From a virus (Duplodnaviria; Caudoviricetes): a stretch of 47,363 bases of DNA. A model generated the notes under the pieces. That model did no database searches. It worked only from the letters and a program-made list of their open reading frames with translations, and was not told the origin of the DNA. The stretch is from IMG/VR virus record IMGVR_UViG_3300035109_000020, positions 1 through 47,363 of that record; one strand, given 5' to 3'. Positions 18,918 to 27,996 of this stretch are shown piece by piece; position 1 is the stretch's first letter; each line of letters starts with the position of its first letter. Both the position numbers and the translations under genes were made by a program.

Positions 18918-19112
18918 TCAGCGGCGCTTCGTGCGATAGGTCTGGCGCTCGGCGCGCGGCTCCTGCGCCTCTGAAGCCCCCGCCGGGAACGGCGGCGGAT
19001 TGGGCTCAACATCGCCCGCGTCGACGAGCCGCGCGGCGACGTCATCGGGAACGACGCGCGTGTCGCCGGCGCTGTGCGGGCGCATGTCGCGCGTGAAGGT
19101 GACGAGCTTCAT
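18918..19112 (-). CDS. Small head-associated hypothetical protein
   Basis: MKLVTFTRDMRPHSAGD; ATGA-coupled. Confidence 0.6.
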   Translation of the reverse strand: MKLVTFTRDMRPHSAGDTRVVPDDVAARLVDAGDVEPNPPPFPAGASEAQEPRAERQTYRTKRR

Positions 19113-19849
19113 TGCGTGTCTCCCGCGACAAGAGTTTCGCCGAGCGTTCCGGCGAATGTCCAAGAGCCGACGTGTCCGAGCTTGATCGTCGGGTCGACCC
19201 AGATTTCGCCGCCGCGCGCGCGCCAGCGATTGCAAAAGACATAGTCTTCCGAGATTTCGCCGAGGACGCCATCCTCGTTTTGCCGAAAGAACTCGAAATA
19301 AGCGTCGCGGAGGGATTGAGACCAGTCCTCCGGTCCAGGGCGTTTCCACTCCGGATGCGCCTGGGCCATCTCATGAAGCACCCGGCGATTGACGAGCATG
19401 AATGCGGCGCCGAAGCCGAGCGCCTCGACGGCCCCCATATCGTCCTGACGCAATGCGCCTTTGTCGTGTTTCGGGCGCCAACACCAAACGGCGGGGTCGC
19501 TGTTGGGCTTTTGAATGCGCATGCGCCCGACGCCGCCGATCAGCGGCTTATCGGAGCCGAGCAGGCGCAGAACGTCCGAAGGGCTCCATTGCATGTCATC
19601 GTCGATGAAAAGCAGATCGGTGAAATCCGACATCAGGAAATGCGCGCATAATTCGTTGCGCGCCTTGCAAATCACCGAGGAGCCGACGACAAATTGGAAG
19701 GTGACGCGGATGCCATGCTCCTTGAGCAAAAGCAGCGTCGAGGCGAGACTCGCCGTATATTGCCAGACAGGATTGCGCGCCACAGGCGTGCAAATCATGA
19801 CCGAGCGCTGACGGGCGCGCTCCATGCGAACAGCAATGTCTTCTGACAT
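19109..19849 (-). CDS. GT-A fold (family 2-like) glycosyltransferase
   Basis: VMICTP, ARN, LLFIDDD (DxD), GAAFML, SEDYVFC, LGHVG motifs. Confidence 0.85.
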   Translation of the reverse strand: MSEDIAVRMERARQRSVMICTPVARNPVWQYTASLASTLLLLKEHGIRVTFQFVVGSSVICKARNELCAHFLMSDFTDLLFIDDDMQWSPSDVLRLLGSDKPLIGGVGRMRIQKPNSDPAVWCWRPKHDKGALRQDDMGAVEALGFGAAFMLVNRRVLHEMAQAHPEWKRPGPEDWSQSLRDAYFEFFRQNEDGVLGEISEDYVFCNRWRARGGEIWVDPTIKLGHVGSWTFAGTLGETLVAGDTQ

Positions 19850-19865
19850 GAACGACCTTCTTAGA

Positions 19866-19891
19866 GGCAGCGGCGCGTAAGCGCCGCTGCC
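19866..19891. terminator. 11-bp GC hairpin between the decoration gene and the glycosyltransferase
   Basis: GGCAGCGGCGC-GTAA-GCGCCGCTGCC; no U-tract, so terminator versus stabiliser is unresolved. Confidence 0.45.
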
Positions 19892-19898
19892 GATGCGC

Positions 19899-20369
19899 TT
19901 ACTGCGGGAGGCGATCGAAACCGGCGAAGAAGCCGGCGCCCTGTCCAACGGCCGTGTCGGTCTGCGTCGCGGACAGATCGACCGCGTAGTTGAGACGGAC
20001 GTAACGGCGCGCATCGAGGAGATTGACGCCGATCTCGAACGATCCGGCCATGGCGCTCGCGGCGGTCGAGCCGGTCGCGACGACAGCATAAGTCGCCGTC
20101 TGGAAATCGGAGAAATTCACCCCGTCCGCGCTGTCCTGAATCGCATAGCCGATGGAGAGCGTTTTGCCGGTCGCAAGGGTCGCCCCCCAAATGACGGCGG
20201 CGGCCAGCGCACCGGCGAGGCCGCCGGAGGAGAAGCCGGCCCGGTCGATGGTGACGCCGGTGGTCGTGGTGGAATCGCCTGTGCTGGCGGCCGTTGCTGT
20301 CGATGGCGCGGTGAGGCGCTGCAACGTGCCGAGAGAGGCGACGTCGCGCTGAAGAACGATGCTCGACAT
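19899..20369 (-). CDS. Probable capsid decoration protein
   Basis: Directly after the capsid gene; Thr/Ala/Gly-rich beta protein (IDRAGF, IQDSADG, RRYVRL). Confidence 0.65.
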   Translation of the reverse strand: MSSIVLQRDVASLGTLQRLTAPSTATAASTGDSTTTTGVTIDRAGFSSGGLAGALAAAVIWGATLATGKTLSIGYAIQDSADGVNFSDFQTATYAVVATGSTAASAMAGSFEIGVNLLDARRYVRLNYAVDLSATQTDTAVGQGAGFFAGFDRLPQ

Positions 20370-20401
20370 TTTTCGATGCCTTTTCGGAAGAGTGGCGAGA
20401 A

Positions 20402-20425
20402 GCGGCGGAGCGGCTACTCCGCCGC
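20402..20425 (-). terminator. Hairpin after the major capsid gene
   Basis: GCGGCGGAG/CTCCGCCGC 9-bp stem, weak U-tract. Confidence 0.45.
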
Positions 20426-20438
20426 CGTTTCGTCAGGA

Positions 20439-21839
20439 TCAGGAGATCGCAGGGGCCCAGCGCACGCCCTGGATCACGGCCACGGACTGGTCGTGACGGA
20501 GCTGGAAGTCATGCTCCGCAATGGCGCGTATGACCGTCTGATCATACTGGAACGCGTTGATCGAGGCGCCCGCTTCATCAATGTAGGTGCCGTCCTGCGA
20601 TACAGCCAACTGCAATTGCATCGAATCGAGCACGATCGCTTCCGTCATCTCGGCGAGGAAAACGAAAGACAAATCCTTGTTCGTGCCGGTGGCGTCCCAA
20701 TAGGAGTTGCCGAGCTGAGTCGTCCGGAAGACAGGATAGGTGAAAAGCGTCCCCTTCATGAGCTCTTCACGATACACGTAATTGCCCAGGCTGTTCTGAA
20801 CATTGAAGAGGTAATTGCGCGAACGCGGGTGCATGAACCATGCACGCTTGTCTTCGGCGACGTTGGCGGTATCGAGGCGGTTAACAGCGCCGCCAAGTTC
20901 GGCTGCGACAGTCGCCAAAGTATAGTTCGGGTTGGACGTGATGAAATTACCGCCTGTGCTATTCGCCGGATCAGCGCCGTTCACCGCCATGACGGAATTT
21001 GCCGATGTGCTCCATGAGCCGGCAGTTCCGCCATTAGCGATTACCCAGCCATTAGCGAACGACAAAAAGCCACGGGGCGTATCCTGGGTGCCGTCGCCGA
21101 GAAGAAACGCTAGATCCTCGCGTAGCGCCAGATATTTCACCATGTCGTCACGGATGAAGGCGTCCACGGCTGGATCGCTATAGCGCATCATATCGTTTGA
21201 GACGGGGGTGAGTGCAGTCAGCTTTTTGTAGCTCGCCACGATCTGGCGCAGGCCCGGTTGAGATTTGGTGATCGGCTTTGATTCAGAGCCATAGAAGGCC
21301 GATCCAGCCGAAGCTTGCCCAGGAAGCGTCATGGTTCCGCGCGGCATCGGCATGTTGCGCGGTCCGGCGGCACGCACCTGCGCCTTTGGGCGCAAGAGTT
21401 CGATGACCTCACTTGCGACATCCGGCGGGACAATGAATCCGCCAGCCGACCCCGTCGCCGTGATCAAGGCCTTCGTGACGGGATGACGCTCCCCATACAT
21501 ATCATTTGCGGCGTGGCGAGACGCGAAGAGATTTCCGCCTCCATTGACCATCATTTTGATCATGCCGCCAACGACAAGAGACTTATCCTTGACGTATTTG
21601 TCGTTTTCCACTGCGGCCGGGACCTTGATTTCCTGACCTGGAGCCGGTTGCGCGGTCGATGCGGCGAGGGCCTGTGCGTCCTTGGCCCGCTTGATCTCAG
21701 CATCCTTCTTCTCAACTTCTGCCTTCAGGCGGTCGTATTCCGGCTGGTCGGCGTCAGTGAAGTCCTTCTTTGACGCGTGCGCCTTGAAGGCGTCATAGGC
21801 CTTCTCGCGCTCCGCCCGGAGCTCGTGAATCTTCTTCAT
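20439..21839 (-). CDS. Major capsid protein, HK97 fold
   Basis: Coiled-coil delta domain; GGFIVP, KKLTALTPVSN, GDGT..PRG, NAFQYDQTVIRA. Confidence 0.95.
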   Translation of the reverse strand: MKKIHELRAEREKAYDAFKAHASKKDFTDADQPEYDRLKAEVEKKDAEIKRAKDAQALAASTAQPAPGQEIKVPAAVENDKYVKDKSLVVGGMIKMMVNGGGNLFASRHAANDMYGERHPVTKALITATGSAGGFIVPPDVASEVIELLRPKAQVRAAGPRNMPMPRGTMTLPGQASAGSAFYGSESKPITKSQPGLRQIVASYKKLTALTPVSNDMMRYSDPAVDAFIRDDMVKYLALREDLAFLLGDGTQDTPRGFLSFANGWVIANGGTAGSWSTSANSVMAVNGADPANSTGGNFITSNPNYTLATVAAELGGAVNRLDTANVAEDKRAWFMHPRSRNYLFNVQNSLGNYVYREELMKGTLFTYPVFRTTQLGNSYWDATGTNKDLSFVFLAEMTEAIVLDSMQLQLAVSQDGTYIDEAGASINAFQYDQTVIRAIAEHDFQLRHDQSVAVIQGVRWAPAIS

Positions 21840-21925
21840 GTCTCTTCTCGCAAGCAGCATCGCTACAGCGCGCAGGGCGGCCGATGAGCGATCAATGTTT
21901 CAGGGACGATCGGCGTGTCGCGCGA

Positions 21926-23302
21926 TCAGGCTGTGTTCGCGAGCCTCAGCAGCTCGACGTCGCGCTCGCGCCATGTCAGCGCTTTCAACGCGCCCGCATC
22001 CGTGTCGGATTCGGATTGTTCTTCTTCACCCTCGTCTTCGTCCGAAGCCTGCGAGAGCATTTTGTCGAGCGTCTCATGCGCCGACTTGATCTGTTCCATC
22101 GCGCCCTTGATGCACTTCTCGTTGTCGCTCGAGAAGCGTCGGCCGGCCTTGGCGCGAAGCGCCGCGGCGCGCAGCAGCTTGGCGGCGCGCGACGGCGCGC
22201 CCGCGACATAGGATTTTTGCTCCGCCGGCAGAAGATCGGAGAGACTGGCGAGCGCCTCGCGCGTCTCCTCTTCGCTCATGGCGATGAAAGCCTCTCCAGC
22301 CGAGCGGGCGATCTCGGCGAGGATCTCGGGAAGGTCGCTATCATCGCCTTCGTAATCGCGCTCCCAGTCGGCGCCGAGCGCGAGGCTCACGAGCTGCTGA
22401 ACGACATAGGAGAGGCTGTTGAGGTCATACATGCCCTTGCGGCGCGAGGCCACAACCGCCTTGACGCGCCGAGAGAGCGGAGCGGATTTTCCATCGCTCT
22501 TCATCTTCGCCTCGTAATGATCGATGACGCCGCGCGCCTTTTCGGCGACATCGTCGGGAATATCCGCCTGCTTCAGGCGCGATGCGGCGGCGCGGATGCC
22601 GGCTGCGACGGCGGTCAAGCGGCCGTCGACGACTTTCGCGAAAGGAAGCTTGTAGGAGCCCTTCTTTGCCGGGTCGACGGAGTCATAGACGAGGAATCCC
22701 TTGCGAGCGAAAACGGTGTCGGGGTCGTCGCCATCGAAGTCGGCTTTCTCGAAGATCGACTTTTCGGCTTCCGCGCCGTCCCAGTCCGATTCCTCGTCGA
22801 GAGGAAGATTGCGCGAGGCGCCGACCTTCCATTTCTCGGCGTCGGCTTTTTCGAGCGAGCGCGCGGTCACGACAGCCTCCGGGTTCGCGGGCACGGACAC
22901 GAGCGACAACTCGAGCAGCGACCAGCTCTTGACGCGCTCACCGCCACCGCGGATTGGCTCTGCGTCGAGCGTCTCGAAACCGACAGAAACCGCGTTGAGC
23001 ACGCCAGCCTTGGCGAGAGCGCAATATTCGTCGGCCTTGGCGCTCGCACCGGCCGGCGCGAAAGTGATCGTCGCCTCGACGCGCCCATTCTTGATCTCGA
23101 CGTCCGCCGTTCCGATCGGGCAGGCAGGATTGTGATTTGCGAGAACAATTGGGTTGGCGCGATACTCTGTCAGATCGCAACCCTCGGCGACCATGACGTC
23201 CTTGACGCGGTCCGGCGTCGGGGTGCTGGCGACGACGCGAATCTGCCGCTCCCCTACCTTGCTGTCGGTGAGCGACGCGCTCGGGATGAATTTGCGCTTC
23301 AT
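21926..23302 (-). CDS. HK97-family prohead protease with long C-terminal extension
   Basis: DRVKD, NPIVLANH, VSVGF, LLELSLVSVPANP. Confidence 0.92.
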   Translation of the reverse strand: MKRKFIPSASLTDSKVGERQIRVVASTPTPDRVKDVMVAEGCDLTEYRANPIVLANHNPACPIGTADVEIKNGRVEATITFAPAGASAKADEYCALAKAGVLNAVSVGFETLDAEPIRGGGERVKSWSLLELSLVSVPANPEAVVTARSLEKADAEKWKVGASRNLPLDEESDWDGAEAEKSIFEKADFDGDDPDTVFARKGFLVYDSVDPAKKGSYKLPFAKVVDGRLTAVAAGIRAAASRLKQADIPDDVAEKARGVIDHYEAKMKSDGKSAPLSRRVKAVVASRRKGMYDLNSLSYVVQQLVSLALGADWERDYEGDDSDLPEILAEIARSAGEAFIAMSEEETREALASLSDLLPAEQKSYVAGAPSRAAKLLRAAALRAKAGRRFSSDNEKCIKGAMEQIKSAHETLDKMLSQASDEDEGEEEQSESDTDAGALKALTWRERDVELLRLANTA

Positions 23303-24606
23303 TCCTCTCCAGGCTCCTTATTGCCGGATCCGCGCGGCCGCCCCGCGCCATCGGCGGCGACGCCGGTCATGTCGCTGCCAAGCGGGCCGGTGTTGAGCGG
23401 CGCGCGCACTTCCCATCCGGGGCCTTTGGGCAGACTTTCGACCGGCCCCATTCGCTCGGAGCGCCGCCATTCATTCGTGGCGGCGAGCCCGGACAGCGTC
23501 ATGAGCCGTCCGACGTTCACCCGCGTCATGATGTCGGCGCGCAGCAGGGAACTTTCGTCGAAGACGACCTCCAGGCCTTCCGCGTCGAGATCGAAAGCTC
23601 TTTCGAACTTCTGCTCCCAGCGCTCGAGATCGGGCATGATCGTCTCATTGACGTAAGCCTGATCCGCCTGCGCCTGGTTGAGCTTCGAATTCGCGTCGGT
23701 AACGCCGACCTTGTGCGGCGGCATGCGAAACCAGCGGGTGACGTCTTCAACGGAGAACTTGCGCTGCGCCAGGAATTCGAGGTCCTCCGCGCTGAGCGTC
23801 ATCGGCTTCCACTCGAGCCCCTCTTCGAGGATCGGCACGGCGCCGACGTTTTGTATCCCCGAAAACAAACTTGCCCATTGCGATTGCAGGCGCTTAGCCG
23901 CGGGTTCCGTCAACGTATTGGCGATTTGCAGCACGCCGCTCGGGCGCGCGCCGTTTTGCATCCAGCGCGCGGCCTGCTGCTCCTGCGCCATGGCGAGCCC
24001 GATCGAGTCGCGCGCGAAGCTGAGGCGCCCGGAGCCGGCCGTTATATTGAAGGCTAGCCCCCGCAGATGGAACATATCCTCGGCCGGGATCGCGACAGGC
24101 AGGTCGCGCAGCGCCGCGATCTGAAAAAGGCCGACGCGGTTCGTGTTGTAGAAGATCGATCCGTCCGAGGCTTCGAGAACCATCACGGCGTCGGGGTTGA
24201 CCGGGATCAGCTCTTTCGGCCGACCGCGATTGTCGCGCAGGATGACCGCATAGGCGTTGCCGCGCAGCAGGAGCGCCGCCTGCATCTGCTCGACGAATTC
24301 GAACCATGTCTGTGCGCGATTCGGCCGCTTGAACAGCTTGGCAACCGGATGATCCGTGACGACATCGAAGCTTCCATCCTTCAGCGGGCGCCGGAGCGTC
24401 GGCGCGCAGCGGGCGACGTCTTCGCTGCGGATGGAGACGCAGGCGTAGACAGTGGAAACTGTCATCGCCGTCGCCTGGCTGATCAGGACGCCGGCTGCGG
24501 AAGGAATCGCGCCCAGCGTCGGCAAAAAGCCCTGCGCCGGAACGCCGCCGCCGATTGATTTCGCCGCGACGGGCGTTGGCGATGATTTGCGCGAGAACGG
24601 CCACAT
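23299..24606 (-). CDS. Portal protein, HK97 family
   Basis: VYACV, LLRGNAY, NGARPSG, LEEGLEW, FRMPPH motifs. Confidence 0.95.
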   Translation of the reverse strand: MWPFSRKSSPTPVAAKSIGGGVPAQGFLPTLGAIPSAAGVLISQATAMTVSTVYACVSIRSEDVARCAPTLRRPLKDGSFDVVTDHPVAKLFKRPNRAQTWFEFVEQMQAALLLRGNAYAVILRDNRGRPKELIPVNPDAVMVLEASDGSIFYNTNRVGLFQIAALRDLPVAIPAEDMFHLRGLAFNITAGSGRLSFARDSIGLAMAQEQQAARWMQNGARPSGVLQIANTLTEPAAKRLQSQWASLFSGIQNVGAVPILEEGLEWKPMTLSAEDLEFLAQRKFSVEDVTRWFRMPPHKVGVTDANSKLNQAQADQAYVNETIMPDLERWEQKFERAFDLDAEGLEVVFDESSLLRADIMTRVNVGRLMTLSGLAATNEWRRSERMGPVESLPKGPGWEVRAPLNTGPLGSDMTGVAADGAGRPRGSGNKEPGEE

Positions 24607-24609
24607 GGA

Positions 24610-26373
24610 TCAGCCGCCAACCCTGAGAATGCGCATTTCCTGTTCTTCGTAGATCGAGGGGCGGCGCGCCGACGATGACTCTGGATTCATGCTCATGAGC
24701 GCGGCGGCGTCGAGTAACGCCATCAGCGGGTCGATTTTCGCCGTGCCGCTGGCCGCCTTGGTGATGAGGGCGGCGTTGCCCTTGAGTTCGACCTTGGCGT
24801 TTGAGACAGCCCAGGCGAGGAGGCCGGAACCCGTGTGCCAGAAGCTCGCATCCGCGAGCTTACGCTCGACGGTCTTCATCGGGCCCATGAGTTTGTAGCC
24901 CTGCGACACGCCGCAGATTTGATCGTCGTCGATCCCGGCTTCCGCCAGCGCGTCGACGATCGCGCCGACGCCAGCCGGGTCAAGGCCGATCGCTGCCTTG
25001 TCCGGAAGCAGGCCTGCGTCGGCGAGACGGCGGACGATGGCGACGAGGCCGTCGACGTCATCGCCGAGCGTGTCGACGATGGTGAGATCGCCATCGGCCT
25101 GGAATGTCTTCAGCTCCTGGGAGATGCTCTTTCGCCGCGCGAGCGCATCGCGGAAGGCGAAAGCATGCCCCCAGCAGAGCCATTCGCGCGTCTCGCGATC
25201 GCGGCCGATCACGGCGAGGCCGAGCAGATCATCAAGGCCGCCGCCATCGATGCCGACGACGGCGACGTCGCAGCGCGTGATCAGCGTTTCGAGCGTGAGA
25301 CCCGGCAATCCGGCGTCGACCCAATGATCCGCGCCGGCCCAGTGATCCGATCGCAGACCAAGGCCGACCTCGATATTGAGGTGCTGGGACGCCCAGCCGA
25401 TGAGCTCCGCTTCGCCATCCTGTTTCGCTGTCTGATAGAGCGCATGAAGACGAGGAATGGTGATCGAGCGGCCGAGATTTGGCGTCACCATAGGCCAGAG
25501 CGCCGGGTCCTCCCATGGATAGACGCCGTCGGCGTTTTTCTGAGCGCGGCCGATCTCCTCTGGGAACTCGTAAAGCACGGCGAGCAGCGCGTCGGCGCGG
25601 CGACCGTCGCGCACGTCTCGCGCACGGGCAAGCTCGCGTTTGAAGACGCCGGCGGGCGGCCGCTCCGATTGCGTGGTGATGAAGGCCAAGAACGCCTCTG
25701 GCTGGGAGATCATGCCGCTGCGCAGCTGCCGAACGACACGATCAGCTTCCGGCGCAGCGCCGATGAGATGCACTTCGTCGATCAATGCGCCGACCGGCTT
25801 CGTGCCGGTGAGCACGTTCGGATCGAAGGATTTGATCTGAAGGAAGCCGCCGGTTTTGACGTCCGTGATTTTCTTGATGTGGTTTTGGACATGGAAGCGG
25901 TCGGAAAGATACGGATCGAGCGCGATCGCGCCGAGCGCCTGGTTGAAGGACAGCTCGGCGATGAGCTTGGTCGGCGCGACGAAGAGAAACTCGGCGTTTG
26001 GGCGTTCGTTGAGAATGAGCGCGGCGAGCATGAGCAGGGCGCCGCCGGTCGTCTTGTTGTTCTTCTTCGGCACCAAAGCGAACAGCTCCGGGACCATTCG
26101 CTGAAGCGTCGTGGGAGACACCGAGCCGAGCAACGTCGCGATGATGTCGCGAAACCAGGCGCCGGCTGCCGCCTCCATCGTCGGATTGCCGGGCACGTCC
26201 GCGAGCCGTAGGCGGTTGAACACGGCAACGGCCCGCTCGGCCTGATCAGCGAAGATCGGCAATTCCGGGACAAGCGAGCGGCCCTCGCGGATGCGATCGC
26301 GCCAATCCGGGACGGCGAAATTCCAGGCGGCGGTCAATGCGGTCGGCTCGGCGCGCCGAGGAGACGCTCCCAT
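24610..26373 (-). CDS. terL: Terminase large subunit
   Basis: VPKKNNKT Walker A, LIDEVH Walker B, GIDGGGLDDL and KIDP nuclease motifs. Confidence 0.95.
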   Translation of the reverse strand: MGASPRRAEPTALTAAWNFAVPDWRDRIREGRSLVPELPIFADQAERAVAVFNRLRLADVPGNPTMEAAAGAWFRDIIATLLGSVSPTTLQRMVPELFALVPKKNNKTTGGALLMLAALILNERPNAEFLFVAPTKLIAELSFNQALGAIALDPYLSDRFHVQNHIKKITDVKTGGFLQIKSFDPNVLTGTKPVGALIDEVHLIGAAPEADRVVRQLRSGMISQPEAFLAFITTQSERPPAGVFKRELARARDVRDGRRADALLAVLYEFPEEIGRAQKNADGVYPWEDPALWPMVTPNLGRSITIPRLHALYQTAKQDGEAELIGWASQHLNIEVGLGLRSDHWAGADHWVDAGLPGLTLETLITRCDVAVVGIDGGGLDDLLGLAVIGRDRETREWLCWGHAFAFRDALARRKSISQELKTFQADGDLTIVDTLGDDVDGLVAIVRRLADAGLLPDKAAIGLDPAGVGAIVDALAEAGIDDDQICGVSQGYKLMGPMKTVERKLADASFWHTGSGLLAWAVSNAKVELKGNAALITKAASGTAKIDPLMALLDAAALMSMNPESSSARRPSIYEEQEMRILRVGG

Positions 26374-26819
26374 TCGGTCTTGGCGTCGAGCGCCGTTTCG
26401 GCCGCGTCATCTCCACCGAGCGGCAAGTCCGTCTGACCAGGCGGCAGCGGCGCTTTTTGTGCGAGCTGCATTTGCGTGATGGCGAACCGATAGCGTGGAT
26501 TGAGACCGAGCCGATCCTCGAGAGAGGTCAGGCACGCTTCGACGTCCTTGCGCATACGAAATTCCGGGCGGGGCCTGACAAGCTCTTCGACATGCTCCGA
26601 GGACGTCTTGTAGCTGTAGCCTTCCTTTTCGAGGACGTCCGTCAGCGCGATCCACTCGGACATGTATTGGACGTAGCGGGCGAGCGCATTTTGATCTGTC
26701 GATTGCAGAAAGCGGATCGACGTCAAATCTTCGTGCAACTTCGCCCAAAGCGCGCGCGCAACACGATTGACCAGCCACTTGGGCGCGCCACCTCGAACGC
26801 TTTTCGTTTTCCGGGCCAT
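26334..26819 (-). CDS. terS: Terminase small subunit, P27 family
   Basis: APKWL...W...D..ALARY...LGLNPRYR; directly upstream of terL. Confidence 0.85.
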   Translation of the reverse strand: MARKTKSVRGGAPKWLVNRVARALWAKLHEDLTSIRFLQSTDQNALARYVQYMSEWIALTDVLEKEGYSYKTSSEHVEELVRPRPEFRMRKDVEACLTSLEDRLGLNPRYRFAITQMQLAQKAPLPPGQTDLPLGGDDAAETALDAKTEWERLLGAPSRPH

Positions 26820-26962
26820 CAGCTCAACTGCAAAAAAAGTTTTTAGACTTTCAGCGGCCAAAAATCTGCGCGTGCCGGTGCGTCCGATTTCGGGAGGGGC
26901 GCGCCAGGGGGAATTTAACCCCCCTTGGTGTGTGCCGCCGCACATTGTGCGCTATCACACAG
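26820..26962. other. Probable cos packaging region
   Basis: Intergenic gap between HNH and terS with GGGGGG/CCCCC runs and an A/T tract; HNH + P27 TerS + HK97 portal implies cos packaging (inference). Confidence 0.5.
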
Positions 26963-27286
26963 TCACACCGCGCCACCGCTGCGGGACGCCTTTTGCCTCG
27001 CCGTCTTGCGGTTGTGGCAAGCGAGGCAGAGGGTCTGGCCGTTGGCGACATCGAACCGCGCGCCGCCGTCCGCGATCTCGACGATATGATCCGCGATCAA
27101 GCGGCCCTTGCTGTCGCATCGCGGCGTCACGCAACGGTAGCCGTCGCGCCGCTTCACCGCCGCCGCCCAGGCCTTATGCCCGTCGGATTGATAATGCGCG
27201 GCGTTCGCGCCGCCTTCCGTGGAAAGCATCCGCACACGGGAAGCGGCGCGCGCCTTGATGCGCGGCTCGATGAGCTTGAGGGTCAT
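26963..27286 (-). CDS. Terminase-associated HNH endonuclease
   Basis: RDGYRC...ADHI...GG...N.QTLCLACHNRKT. Confidence 0.9.
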   Translation of the reverse strand: MTLKLIEPRIKARAASRVRMLSTEGGANAAHYQSDGHKAWAAAVKRRDGYRCVTPRCDSKGRLIADHIVEIADGGARFDVANGQTLCLACHNRKTARQKASRSGGAV

Positions 27287-27303
27287 TGCGTAAAGCTTCG
27301 CAC

Positions 27304-27996
27304 TTACGCTCGCTTTCGCGGGCGTTGCTTGACGTCGCGCTCGATCGGTGGCCGGCGGCCATGCTCCACAAGCTCGACGTGACCGACCGGGAAGATGACA
27401 GGCGTCGGTCTGCCGAAGATGGTCAATTCAGCGCAGACGACGCCACGAGAGTCAACCCGGATAGTCTCTCCCTCGAAACCGGCGAAGGGCCCATGCAGCG
27501 CCCGCACCTTGTCGCCGACAGCGAAAACAATCGCAACTTCAAGGGGCTTATGCGTCAACTGCCGATAGTGTTCGATCAGCGCGTCCGGCATGGTCGCCGG
27601 ATCGTCCGACCCCGCAAAGCACAGCCATGAATGCACGCCGGGCTGCTCTTTCACCGCCGAGCGGACCGAATCGCTCATCGCGACGCGAATGAACAGATAG
27701 CGCCCAAACACTGGCGCAAAGACCTTGATCCGCTCTCCCGTCGCAGTCGGCTTGCCACGCCATCTCCGCATCGTCCGCACAACGACGGTCGGCCGCCAGA
27801 CCTCGAATCCAAGCGCTGCCAAGCGCCCGTAAACTTCCTTGTCCTTGCCATCGTAACATTCGACAACATGCCAGCATGGCGCGCTCGTCATCGCCGCCCG
27901 ACGCTTCGCAACCAGCGCCGCAAGGTCATCCTGTTCCGCATCCATTCGCTCACGCCCCATCTCGAAACTGCCAAACTCACGGAACGCACGCTTCAA
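27304..27996 (-). CDS. NusG/RfaH-like transcription antiterminator (probable late activator)
   Basis: WHVV...PVFGRYLF NGN domain; VGDKVRALHGPFAGFEG KOW; IFGRPT; start uncertain. Confidence 0.88.
   Translation of the reverse strand: MKRAFREFGSFEMGRERMDAEQDDLAALVAKRRAAMTSAPCWHVVECYDGKDKEVYGRLAALGFEVWRPTVVVRTMRRWRGKPTATGERIKVFAPVFGRYLFIRVAMSDSVRSAVKEQPGVHSWLCFAGSDDPATMPDALIEHYRQLTHKPLEVAIVFAVGDKVRALHGPFAGFEGETIRVDSRGVVCAELTIFGRPTPVIFPVGHVELVEHGRRPPIERDVKQRPRKRA

Noticed and set aside
13574-26211. Long plus-strand ORFs (13574-15076, 19893-21017, 21884-23656, 24835-26211)
   Set aside because: Antisense shadows of clear structural genes in high-GC DNA; no motifs
6176-26819. Element as a gene transfer agent
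   Set aside because: It has a repressor switch, initiator with ori, HNH/cos-type packaging and a ~1090-aa tape measure, all typical of a true phage
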